Origin: Paraspadella gotoi
Lineage: Eukaryota > Animalia > Chaetognatha
Length of the DNA stretch: 64,000 nucleotides
Assembly: GCA_051294375.1 (NCBI GenBank)
Contig: CM119269.1
Location: forward strand, 22,222,076 to 22,286,075
Direction of reading: 5' to 3'
The first letter of the stretch is position 1; each line of letters starts with the position of its first letter. Positions 41,496-52,184 of this stretch are shown here, in pieces. The notes beneath the pieces are model-generated. The model saw nothing but the letters and a program-made list of their open reading frames with translations, was not told the DNA's origin and searched no databases. Position numbers and translations under genes: made by a program.

Positions 41496-43594
41496 GCTTT
41501 CCTGCTTTCTTTCTTTCTGTCACTCCTCCCTGTCCTTTTCTCTCCATCTCTTCCCCTTTCTTTCCCTCCCTATCTCTTTCTTTCCTTTCTCTCTGTCTTT
41601 TCTTCTCTCTCCCTCCCTTCCTCCCTCCCCCGCCAGGCATCTACTACGCCTTGAACAGCGTGATGGCCGCCGTCGCTGCCCTCTCCTCTGTTTTCGTTCT
41701 TCACCTCAGATCTCAATGGAAGGAAAGATTTCCTCCGCCCTGGTGGCTCAAAGCGGTCAGTGTCAGTCAGTTGTGGCCAACATTTTGTGTCATTATTAGG
41801 GGTTGGAATATTCTAATGAGTTGGCGTCGATCAGTGGAAAATTTATTTATTTAAAAATAACAATATTGAACCTTCAAGGTAATCGAATATAAGTTTATCG
41901 GTAAATTATCAAAGCACTACAATATGCAAATGAGATTGATGAGTTCAGTCTCATTAAAAATGATCTACAACTGATACTCAGCTCCATTTCCACAATAAGA
42001 CCCAATTCGACAAAAACCAAGTACCAATGATTAAAAATGAGTTTTACTTTTACAAAAATAGAGTTATCCCGATTAGCGATGATCTGGGCCAAATAATGAT
42101 GAGACTAAACTCACTCTTAGTGTTGGCATCTCTGAATGACGACCAGGAAGGGAGAACCCGTTTATTAGACGGATAAATAAATAAATAAATAAGTAAATAA
42201 ATGAATTAAATAAATGAATAAATGAACGAAATCCCCAGGTGACCAAGCTCAACGTCTGCACGCCGGTTGGCTACTTCGTGATGGGTCGACGTCACAAGCC
42301 TGTGTCTGAGACGACGACGCCGAGTGAAGCCAGTGAGGATGGGAATCAAATGGAGGAGGAGGAAGAGGAGGAGGAAGTGGAATGTGATCAAGTCACGATC
42401 GATGAGAAAGGTGAGACATTTGGGGGGAGGAGGGTAAGGTCGGGGACGGAAAGGAGGTAAGTACGAGGCGGGGAGTTAGATAAAATATATTTTAGTCTTT
42501 TTAATGGTAAAATATTGTTACTTCAAAAGAAAAATGGCGAAAAAAATCATATATAGTTTTCCTCCATTTTTGTTATTTGTTATATTGTTATTTGTTATTT
42601 CAAATAAAGTTAGTTTTTTTTGTTTTTTTTTTAATTTGGCAATGCTAAAGGCCTTGCACCTCTTTTTGGTTTAAAAAAGCGCTATTATACCTTTTAGAAA
42701 AGAGGGAAAGACATGCAACATCATCATCGGATCTGAACAGAATTGCGTTAAACTTAAAGATGTGGAAAAACATTTCACTGTCATAAATCAATTTGCTGTA
42801 TGAGAGCATGCCCAGACAAATGCAGGCAGTAGTTCATTCATGTCAGGTCATGTCATATCATGTGATCAAAAGGGAAATACGCGTGAAAATAAAGTCACAT
42901 TGTATTTTAAATAAATATCCTGATAGATATCAAGTATCGAGTCAAATGGCATTGAGGCTGCTGACCCTCGGTGACTGCCACTGGACCCGAGGTTATCCAG
43001 GAATTGAACCCGGGACCGACCGAAGGGGCTGAGAACTTAGCAGACAGGACAGGACAGTGGCAAGACGGCTTTAAATTGTGACGCCACAGGCCCACACAAG
43101 ATTTATTCGCATTTAGTTAATAATATTATGTTTAAAGTTTATTACTGGTGTTATTTAGTTATCCATGATTTCTTTTGTCCAGTGATTCGAGAGGAAGTGA
43201 GCCGTGACGTTTCTTCACATCGTCTCTCAGTGAATCTCACCAACTACTTGACGGTGAGTAGATTTAGTCAAGATTTGGCGACATGCTGATAAGATTTATG
43301 ACGAGATTTATTGAAGAGATTTATTAAATTCTTTCAGAGTGACTCCGTTCCCAACGGACTCGTCAACGCCGCTCAACCACAACAACAACAACAACCGCAG
43401 CAGCAGCAGCAATGGCCTCAGCAGCAGCAGACGGCGCCGCCGCCGCCGCCGCAACAGACGCCGACGCCGTTCACCGCCAGTCACGCCGCCAGTCAAAACG
43501 ACGTCGGTTTTCACACCAACGCAATGACGACGCCGACTTCGATGGCGTTGGGACGCGGCGCCGCTAGACCGCCGAACCTACCGCTCAATCAGCC

Positions 43595-43650
<56 letters not shown>

Positions 43651-44446
43651 ATCTGAATGGCACTAAGTTAGATAACTTAGATAACTCTGATGTGAGTTTT
43701 TAAGATATTAAAAAATGTTTTAAACTGACTGAAACTTATGTAGAAGGTGAACGGTTTATGTAATGAAGGCTACATTTGGACATCTTATGAACATACTTGC
43801 TATCTCATTTGGATATTTAAGGTAAAGGACAATTATTATGAAATCTTTCCAATTTGCAATTTATCCAGATGTCTTTTCTTTCCAAATAATCCCAACCCAG
43901 TAGTTTTTCTATTGGTGACATATTTGTACGAATAGTATTAATGGCAATACAATTTACAGTGTGGTCAAACAAATGATTTTTCCGAACAATAATCTGAAAG
44001 TGGTTTGGCCTGCACTATCTAAGGTTGCATCGTTAGGGGTATGAATTGGGAGGTTTTGAAAGATTCGAATAGCTCTCAGCTGTAAACGGTCAAACTTAAG
44101 CCAATGATAAGCTCCGGTCGAAATTAAGCAAGGAGATGAATATAAAAAAAGAGAAACAATAAGGCTTTGAAATAGCTGATAGGCTAGTTTGTAGTTATCA
44201 CCTGGTACAAAACGTGATATTCTGTTAATGGTAAGTAATTTACATTTTGCTTTTTTAAATAACTCATTAACATGGTTAGTCCATGTGAGGCGTTTGTCAA
44301 TAATACATCCTAAAAATTTAATGCTGTTACACAAAGGAATTCTACTACCAAAAAGAAACAAATTAATTTCAAAATTAAAAAGATTAAAAGAACGAGTTAT
44401 AAGGATACAATTTGATTTTTCGGGACACAGATCCAAGAACCACATT

Positions 44447-44541
<95 letters not shown>

Positions 44542-45266
44542 TACTTGGACATGGCGGTGCTAGACCGCCGAACCTACTGCTCAATCAGCCAAGTGAGTGA
44601 GTGAGAGAGAGAGAGAAGGAGAGAGAGATATAGATAGAGAAAGAGAGTCTCTAACAATATATTTTCTCCTTATCGTATTTTTTTCAGACAACTTTGCCAT
44701 CTTGATTCCACACTTGGCTTCCATCACAGAAAGGATGGATCGAATTCAATGCATCATCGCCGCCACTGGTGAGAGACGGGAAACTTTAAATGAACAAAGG
44801 AACAATCATATATAGATTGTTCAATAAAGATTAGGATATAAAATGAGTTGAACTTTTTTAATAAACAGAAATTGTTTATAGTTAAAAAAAACTTTTTTTA
44901 GTATTAACTATTAAGGGTTTTTTCAAGTTAAAAGATTCTACTTAAACTTAGCAATAAATGATTAAATTCTATGATAATTTTCTATTTTCAATTCAGCAAA
45001 TCAAAGGACACGAAACGCGGCTCAAAATCATTTCAACGAATCGATTCAGGTAAAATTTATTTTTCAAATGTATTACAATTTATTATTTTGAAATTAAAAT
45101 TTATTAAAAATTAAGCATATCCAATCCCCTCCCATTCCACGAACAGAAAGAATGGTTCGAAGTGGCCATTGCAGTAGAGCGGATATTCTTTTGCATCTAT
45201 CTCGTTGTTCTCATGTTTTCGCCTCTCATCCTCCTCAAGTACACCTGGTTGGAAAACGCCGCGTAG
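32334..45266 (+). CDS. Cys-loop ligand-gated ion channel subunit, nicotinic acetylcholine receptor-like (non-alpha, predicted anion-selective); 19 exons, about 665 aa
   Basis: Manual GT-AG splicing with consistent phases gives a signal peptide, RPV, DEKLQ, WxDxxxxWDP, IWLPDI, Cys loop [15 protein letters not shown] (C-x13-C), SWT, M1-M3, a long loop and M4 ([14 protein letters not shown]). One frameshift in exon 12. An alternative in-frame ATG lies at 31959. Confidence 0.95.
32994..33137. repeat. Imperfect inverted repeat (about 65-bp arms) in intron 1
   Basis: 32994-33056 is the reverse complement of 33071-33137. Confidence 0.8.
33430..33720. repeat. Degenerate about 21-bp minisatellite in intron 1
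   Basis: ggtagaagttgtggaaaa units. Confidence 0.7.
34712..34782 (+). CDS. nAChR-like exon 2
   Basis: tttag|..|gttaat; [24 protein letters not shown]; phases 1/0 fit. Confidence 0.7.
34951..35050 (+). CDS. nAChR-like exon 3
   Basis: ttcag|..|gtatga; [23 protein letters not shown] (RPV motif). Confidence 0.9.
35220..35263 (+). CDS. nAChR-like exon 4
   Basis: tacag|..|gtaagt; [15 protein letters not shown] (beta1). Confidence 0.9.
37425..37469 (+). CDS. nAChR-like exon 5
   Basis: 45-nt exon [15 protein letters not shown], the size conserved in nAChR genes. Confidence 0.92.
37560..37615 (+). CDS. nAChR-like exon 6
   Basis: [18 protein letters not shown]. Confidence 0.92.
37700..37753 (+). 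CDS. nAChR-like exon 7
   Basis: [18 protein letters not shown] (loop A). Confidence 0.93.
37831..37939 (+). CDS. nAChR-like exon 8
   Basis: [36 protein letters not shown]. Confidence 0.93.
38078..38173 (+). CDS. nAChR-like exon 9 (Cys loop, loop B)
   Basis: [32 protein letters not shown]. Confidence 0.95.
38610..38721 (+). CDS. nAChR-like exon 10 (loops F and C)
   Basis: [37 protein letters not shown]. Confidence 0.92.
39087..39224 (+). CDS. nAChR-like exon 11 (M1, M1-M2 linker)
   Basis: [46 protein letters not shown]. Confidence 0.95.
40514..40785 (+). mobile_element. tRNA-derived SINE in intron 11
   Basis: A box TAGCGCACTGG (40523), B box GGTTCTAACCC (40567), several perfect hairpins; head aligns with the 53033 element. 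Confidence 0.7.
41109..41197 (+). CDS. nAChR-like exon 12 (M2), frameshifted as assembled
   Basis: 3' part reads [25 protein letters not shown]; exon is 89 nt and removing 2 nt restores the frame. Confidence 0.85.
41637..41755 (+). CDS. nAChR-like exon 13 (M3)
   Basis: [40 protein letters not shown]. Confidence 0.93.
42239..42410 (+). CDS. nAChR-like exon 14 (intracellular loop, poly-Glu)
   Basis: cccag|..|gtgaga; [37 protein letters not shown]. Confidence 0.85.
42940..43093 (-). mobile_element. tRNA-related SINE-like element in intron 14
   Basis: Minus-strand T-arm CCGGG-TTCAATT-CCTGG, weak A box, downstream hairpin. Confidence 0.45.
43183..43253 (+). CDS. nAChR-like exon 15
   Basis: tccag|..|gtgagt; [24 protein letters not shown]. 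Confidence 0.82.
43338..43596 (+). CDS. nAChR-like exon 16 (Gln/Pro-rich loop)
   Basis: ttcag|..|gtgaga; [20 protein letters not shown]. Confidence 0.82.
43954..44445 (-). mobile_element. Non-LTR retrotransposon (LINE) RT C-terminal fragment in intron 16
   Basis: [45 protein letters not shown] matches RT domain 7/thumb. Confidence 0.85.
44688..44768 (+). CDS. nAChR-like exon 17
   Basis: ttcag|..|gtgaga; [26 protein letters not shown]. Confidence 0.85.
44997..45049 (+). CDS. nAChR-like exon 18
   Basis: ttcag|..|gtaaaa; [18 protein letters not shown]. Confidence 0.82.
45147..45266 (+). CDS. nAChR-like exon 19 (M4, stop)
   Basis: [39 protein letters not shown]. Confidence 0.93.
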   Translation, partial: KEWFEVAIAVERIFFCIYLVVLMFSPLILLKYTWLENAA

Positions 45267-45440
45267 CGGCGTCTACCGGAAAAATTTGAAGAAAGAAAAA
45301 ACAAACGCAATTTAAAGAAAAAACAAATGATTATTCGTTGCTGGTACTAACTGAAAATTCGACAATCAAAATAATTTTGAAAAATTTATCTCATCGTTTA
45401 CTAATTGCCATTTGATGTAGGTACTATTATATTTCTCGCT

Positions 45441-45446
45441 AATAAA
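45441..45446 (+). terminator. Candidate polyadenylation signal of the channel gene
   Basis: AATAAA about 175 nt after the stop codon. Confidence 0.4.
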
Positions 45447-46787
45447 GTATCAACGATTATTTAAACAAGCTTTCAAAGTGATATCATCGCGTATTCTAAA
45501 TTCTTATGTTTGTTTTTGAGCTAAAATAATTGACTTATTTTCAGTCTGTCGATGCTACTATAGTTTAATTACATGCAAATTATTCAGCTGCATCACGATT
45601 AGGTTGACCTATAAATTTGGTTTTCTTTATGCGCCATAAGAAAATATATCTATCATTTCAATATACAATTTTGTCAAATTAAACTTTCTAAATCTATTTT
45701 ACCTTAAATCGGGAAAAATCTTTATATATCCATGGATGAAAACAATTTTTTTCAGCTAAAATAGTCATTAGCCAATTGTGCAAAAAGAGGTTAATATTGG
45801 TGCACATTGTTCAACGTGCCTAAGCTCACGGGTTTATTTTTACATTGTTATTGTTTGAACATTGATTTTTTTGTAATTCATGTGTAATCTTAAAATTATT
45901 AACTTGCGACAAATAATTTTTCTGTAAAACAATTTGAAAAACGTTTTTTTTTAACTTTTTATCATATTCTTTATGATATTTTATTAAAGTAGCTTGTGCA
46001 AGACTATTTGGCTTAATAAGGTCTTAATGGTGCCCTGTCACTGAAATGATACTTTTGAATGTCTTGCTGCTGGAAACTCCTTAAATAAAACTTAAAAATT
46101 TAGTTCTGTTTCAGTTTCGAAACAAACTGTAAATAGTAAATTAATTTATTTGTATTTATTGCATAAAAAAACATTTAAGCACAAAGAAATAATCAGAGAA
46201 AAGTCGCTTGCAATTTTGTTTGTTTATTTTGCTAAACGCAATCGAATCTGAACAATTTTATTCTAAATATATATATATTTTTTTATATAAAAAAATATGC
46301 GTGAGCATGATCAATTAATCCATCGTTCAATTTTTTTGTTTTTAATTAGAAAATTTTTTTTTGTTTTTTTGACAATCGATCCCTTCTTATCTCTTCTCAT
46401 GCTCACAATGAACGATTGAATTGTTAAATTAATATGATTTATTTGGCGAATTATTCATAATTAAAAGTTCAATTTTTTGCATTGTTTTAATCATGATCGC
46501 AAGAAGGCGCTACAAGCACATTGTCTCTCGCATGCGCTTCAACATCGTTTTGTAGAAAATAAAAAAAAAACAAAAAAACAAAACGACATCTGGAGTTTAT
46601 TTTTATCTTTTAAAAAAAGAGAGATATTGAGACATTTGCTAAAAAGCTTGAGGAAAGATTTGGGGAAAGATTTGAGGAAAGATTTAGGGAGATTAGAAAT
46701 AATAGTAGATATAGCAAGATGATACTTATGTAGAAGAAAGAAGCAAAAAGAAAGTGTAAGAAATAACCGTCTCGCTCTCTCTATTAA

Positions 46788-47243
46788 TAAGGATAACAAA
46801 GTTTTTTTCTCTGCTTTATTTTGATCATCACCGCGATCGTAATCTCTTTTGGCACAAGTGTCGGCGGCCGCGAAACGAATCCAAATGCAAATCCAAATCC
46901 CCCTATGTCTATTGTCTAAGGAGGAAGCGGTCGAAGGCGATGACTGTATTCAAGTAATAAGTATTTGAATAATGATATTTCTGGAATGAATATTATATGA
47001 GATATCATACTCATTTGAACTAAATTAAAAAACTACAAAACTACATAAGAACCCAAGGAAACAATGATATTATTTTAATCCTGGATTTTTTTTAGACTTG
47101 TTTAGTTTATTCATTTAATAAATGGTTAATTTTTTATATTAGATGTACTAATTTCATTACTATAAATATACTATAATATATTATTTAGATACGATGACGT
47201 CAATGGAATCACCACCTTGAAAAACTTGATGTCAGGTTTATGA
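46788..47243 (+). pseudogene. Degraded small secreted-peptide gene
   Basis: Signal-like LCFILIITAIVISFGTSVGG without an in-frame ATG; putative second exon at 47189 (YDDVNGITTLKNLMSGL*) shared with 54837. Confidence 0.35.
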
Positions 47244-47399
47244 GAAATGAGAGAGGGATTCCATAAGATTTCATGAGAGATGAGAGAGAGATTTTATAAG
47301 ATTCCATAAGATTCCATAAGATTTCATGAAAGATGGATTTAATTAAGGAAGATCATAAAAGATGAGTCACCTTTTTGTTTCTTTACCCATACTCGGCAC

Positions 47400-48010
47400 T
47401 AAGGCATAGTAAAATTTCTAAATTTAACTTTAATTTAAATTCTAAAAGTGAGGAACGAACAACATTATACTAATGAACATTTATGTAATAAAAAATTTTT
47501 AATAAATTTTACAATTTACACAGTAGGCCATATTTATACTAGTACTAAACCAATAAATGTTAAAATTTCAAAACAGTTTTTTCGAAGATTTTTTTTGCAG
47601 ATTTGGATTAGTCATTAAAAGTTTATATAAAGAAATATAACTCTTTTAGAAAAATTCCTTCATTAAGTGGGTCAAAAATTAGAAAAAGCTATATTTTAAG
47701 CTGAAAATTATTTTTTTTATATTAAATATAGTTTTTTTAATTTTTAACCCACTTAATGAAAGAATTTTTTAAAATGATTGATATTTTCTTTTATCAACTT
47801 TTAACGAGGAATTCAAATCTGCAATCAAAATTAAGAAAAGCCTATTTTAAATTTTTTTTATATTATAAGGATAGTACTATATATAAATATAGCCTACTGC
47901 AAAAATTAAAAAACATAAAATTAATTTTTTTTACAAATTAATATTCACTGATGGTATGTTGTTCATAATTGACTTTTAGAATTTTCGTATGTAACTTTCA
48001 CTACGCCTTA
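47400..48010. mobile_element. hAT-like foldback MITE
   Basis: TIRs TAAGGCATAGT / ACTACGCCTTA; exact 8-bp TSD CTCGGCAC (47392-47399, 48011-48018); internally palindromic. Confidence 0.85.
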
Positions 48011-48504
48011 CTCGGCACAGTGATCCAAAAAAATTAAAACCCAATAAAAGGCACTTTAACAATGAACAATGAACATACGGACATAAATACATATTCAGTA
48101 AGGCGGGCCAAAATTGAACATTTTTTATAACTTCTAGTTCTCTCAAAAAAAATTTTTTTCCTTCTATTACTAAATCGATTTTCAATGCAACTTTTTGAAT
48201 TAGTTCAGTGAGTTGCTGCACTGAAGCTTTTAAATATTTATTTATATATAACAAATGACAAAAAATTTTTTAAAAAATTAGTTTTTAAGAACGGATTCCT
48301 ATAGATCTTAAAAAGTTAAATGAAAGTTAGTACGACAATTTTTTCTAATTTTGTCAATAAATTGGTTAAAAATAGAAAAAACTTAAATAATCATCATCAT
48401 CATTGGCTGAATTTTATAGTTTTTTAAAATTTTCATTAATAAAACAAAATAATTTATTAAGAAAAACGACAGTTTTAAATGCAGAAACAACTGTTTTTAA
48501 TACA

Positions 48505-48550
48505 AGATGTACATGTTTCGACTCATTGGTTCGAGTCTTCTTCAGCGTTT
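48505..48550 (-). ncRNA. Minimal type-I hammerhead ribozyme (Penelope-like), degenerate stem I
   Basis: CUGAAGA-A-GACUC/GAGUC-GAAAC-AU-GUA on the minus strand. Confidence 0.65.
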
Positions 48551-49270
48551 TCATTTTTTATAATTTAAAGAAAAAAAATTCATGTACAACTGTATTTAAG
48601 ATAAGGAAGTAAAATTAGGTATTCATCATGATGTATTTTCAAGGCCTTTCAGATGAAACTATTTTCATCATTGTAAGATGATTCATTCACGAGATAATAG
48701 ACTTACAAGTAATATCTTCTTATTTCTTTATTATTTATATCTTCTATATTCATTTATTTTTATAATTGTACAAAATTAGTCAATATAATTTATTAGCATT
48801 AAGTCATGCGCCTATCAATAAGCTAAATTTTAAAAATTATTTTCATTTTCATAATCTCTAACAGTCACTTAACCATTATTTATTTGAGAGAACTTTTAGT
48901 TTTAAACCTGTTCTGGCCTAATATTTAGTCTCAGTTTCCAAAAATTATTCTCTCTGAAGTTATATGCAAATAGTAGTTAATAGTTTGATTTGGTCTTTTC
49001 ATGCCAATAATATAAAAGGAAAACAAATTATTTCTGGAAGTAACATAATATTTATTTTTATTTTTAAATAAGCACTGATCTTCAGAGACTTCTGTCTCCC
49101 TCAAAGGTGCATAACAAAATCTTTATAACGGGTGAGTCTATAAGAGGTTTGTTTTACCCACATGAGTGGAAGAGAAAAATTATTTGACTTGGTTATGTTA
49201 ACAGCTCTTTGTCTAGTTTGTTAACAAATTAAAAAAGATTTTCATAATATGTCACAATGAAAAATATAGT

Positions 49271-49932
49271 AACAAGTTTGAGCAAACAATGTCGGATCTG
49301 CCCACGATCATTATCGGTAATTAATTAATTAATAATTAAATTTTTCAAGTTAATTAATTAATTAATTAGGCAATTAATTAATTAATTTGATCCCAAATGT
49401 TTGTTTTTAGGTCTTTTCGTCACTAACCATGACAAAAGCAATGATGATGATGAGAATAATGCCAATAACGATTGACTTGATTGATTGACTGATTAATTAA
49501 TTATTGATTAATTAATTGACTAATTGATTAATTAACTGATTAATTATTTGATTTATTAATACATACAAAAGGAAAAAGAAGCATAATGAATTAGTGAAAC
49601 AGGTTTTTTGTTTTTTTCCATTTAAACTCATTTCTACTTGGACGATTCCATCGAAACTTCATATCCAGCTCAATCAAACACTTCCCTACCCACACACAAA
49701 ATTTTATTTAAATCCATCCATCCCATCACGAGTAATTGGTGTTTTTTGCTAAGGGGGGGCAGACGGACGGACGGACAGACAGACGGACGGACATCATTTT
49801 TTTTACATAATTTATCATAATTCGATGTTCTGACATGATATAAGTTAGTGCCCGACAATATTGAGGGGGCAGACCGACGGACCGACAAAGTGAATTATAG
49901 AGTTGGGATCTGCTGATAAGCAGATCCGACTA
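49271..49932. mobile_element. Helentron-associated non-autonomous element (HINE/DINE-1-like)
   Basis: Sub-terminal IRs GTCGGATCTGC (49291) / GCAGATCCGAC (49920), terminal hairpins, internal (GGAC)n; other copies in the window. Confidence 0.7.
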
Positions 49933-51221
49933 AAAACTCATAGAATTTTAGCCGATTTCAATCAACCAGATTTAATTTCTAATGATACATCTTATCACTA
50001 ATCAGTTATTAATTAAATCTTATTCGCATTCATCCGCCCTTTTGAAAAATCCAAAAATACTTTTCATTCAAAAAAAATAAAAAAGAATTTGATATTCTTT
50101 AGATATTACTCTATGATTTTCGGATCTTGAATAGCTTAGCACTCTTTTAAAACCAATAAGGAGAAATATTAAGTTTGGTCAATTTCTCTTATTTCGATTA
50201 TTTTTTAATAGAAAACCTCTTACAAGATGTGAGAAAATGATTAAGATACAGTAAATTAAGATTTCTACAATTTTAGGTTGAGTGATCCCTGGCAAATAAA
50301 AATGACAAATCAAAAGTCATTTACTACCATAAATGATTTTTTTAAGAAACAAATTTGTCGGTTAATGAATTTTTTCTCCATATTTTTTCAAATAAATCTT
50401 AAACATTTGAACCTTTTCTAACAACCTCATAGGACATCTGTAATAATCAGCATACGAGAAAAACTTGTTTTTCCCCCAAAAAAGAAATTTTAGGCCAATT
50501 GGATCACTGTGCTTGGTTTCAATCAAATCCAGACATCGAGGTTATCGTGTGGCTTAAAAAAAAACAGGGTAATCGACGGGAAGTAACATGAAAAGATCAT
50601 AATTTAAGGAATATTCAACTACTGATAATCCTATATGTAGTCGGGCATTGCCTAAGTTCACCTCGTCTATAAGCATGATACTTTCAGTTGTGACCCAGTA
50701 CCGACCCTGCGTCCGTAAACCGCTTTGGATGCGTAGAAATATTAGATAATAATAGATAGCAATCTTCAGCCCACTTAGCACCTTATCCACATATATAGTA
50801 TATACAGACTTCTGAATCATTATTTCCACGTCATCCATACACATTATATTTAAAAATACGTTTATTTAAGTATTTCTTTCAAACACAACCGATTTATTGG
50901 AGTTCTGTAGCAATAGAGATGAAATATAAAATTACCCAAAAAGATCATTAAAAAATATTTTATTCAACTTTGGCAAATCAAATTATAATTTTGAAAGGTA
51001 GTTGGGTTTTTTGTTGTGCCAGTAATCTGGAATGACCATGTACCTTATCTCTCTTCCTTTTGCCCTCAATCTTCATCTTTCGCTAACTCTATTTTTCGTG
51101 GTCATCTACCATTCGCTCCTCCATTCCCTTTCCTTACAATATCGGTTTCAAACAAAAAAAAAAGAAATATACTTAATTAAAAATTAAAAAACTCTTCTTT
51201 GGAACTCTCTCTCTCTATATA

Positions 51222-51229
51222 TATATAAA
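51222..51229 (+). promoter_or_regulatory. TATA box of gene A
   Basis: TATATAAA about 60 nt upstream of the ATG. Confidence 0.5.
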
Positions 51230-51286
51230 CTGTCTATCTCTCTGACCTCAAACTCTGTCTCTCTCTCTCTCTCTCACTCCACAACA

Positions 51287-52184
51287 ATGAAACGCTATCT
51301 CTCTTGGTTGGTCATCTTCGTCGTCGTTGTATTCGGCGAACCTTTTTCAGGCACCACAACCATAAGGCCCAGACCCAAACCTCGCCCACCTAAAAGTCCC
51401 GACGCCTTATTCAATTCCGACCCTCAAACGCGGCCAGACTCCGCCAGCGCGAGCATCGAAGAAAGCAGCGAGAAAAGCAGCGAAGAAAGCGACGAGAAAA
51501 GCAGCGAAGAAAGCGACGAGAAAAGCAGCGAAGAAAGCGACGAGAAAAGCAGCGAAGAAAGCGACGAGAAAAGCAGCGAAGAAAGCGACGAGAAAAGCAG
51601 CGAAGAAAGCGGCGAAAACGGAAAACGCGGGGATCGCGGCAGGGGCGGCAGCGGCGGCAGCGGCGGCAGCGGCAGCGGCGGCAGCGGCGTAGTTAAGTCC
51701 CCATCAGAAGTGGCGGCGGCAGCGGCGGCGACAAAAGCCTTCGAGGCAGCGGTGAAAACGGGGAATAATCAAAATCTTCATTTTCTTATTTCCTTAAATG
51801 GTAATAAGGCGGGCCAAAATTAAGAGTTCTGTAATATAAAATTCAGTTCATTTATCAATACACAAAGGCAATGCAAAATTTTTTGTAAACATTTTTTTTA
51901 AAAGAACAGATTCAGATACCCCATAAAAAGTTGTCTTCACAAAGTATAATTCGTTTTTCAATATTTTGATGATAAGTGGGTTAAATAAGGAAAAAACCCT
52001 TAAAAATCATCATCATCATCACCATCATAGTTCATACCATAATTATTTGTTACTAGGAGATCCTCAAAAGTCGACCGCAGAAAATGCTTCGGCGGTGGCT
52101 GCGGCAGAAGAAAAGAAGAAGAGACGCGTTGAAAGACACGTCGTCGTCCGCCACCGCAGCCGCCGCAGTCGCCGCCGCCGGTGA
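51287..52184 (+). CDS. Secreted low-complexity protein A (exons 51287-51800 and 52057-52184)
   Basis: Signal peptide MKRYLSWLVIFVVVVFG; (EESDEKSS)n; Gly/Ser and Ala tracts; phase-1 GT-AG intron joins in frame to an Arg-rich C-terminus; paralog at 55714. Confidence 0.8.

Larger units (their letters stand above)
48016..50511. mobile_element. Non-autonomous Transib/RAG-like DNA transposon
   Basis: 13-bp perfect TIR CACAGTGATCCAA; 5-bp TSD CTCGG/CTTGG; single CTCGG at the paralogous empty site 54964-54968. Confidence 0.8.

Noticed and set aside
32334-45266. Assigning a specific CHRN or acr gene symbol
   Set aside because: Too divergent (no vicinal Cys, PGK filter) for orthology without a phylogeny.
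47196-47203. CRE palindrome TGACGTCA conserved at 54843
   Set aside because: Conservation is explained by the segmental duplication, and it lies in a putative exon.
48016-50511. True 12/23 RSS pair
   Set aside because: Nonamer-like matches sit at spacers of about 10 and 30 nt, are imperfect and lie in A-rich DNA; only the heptamer and TSD are solid.
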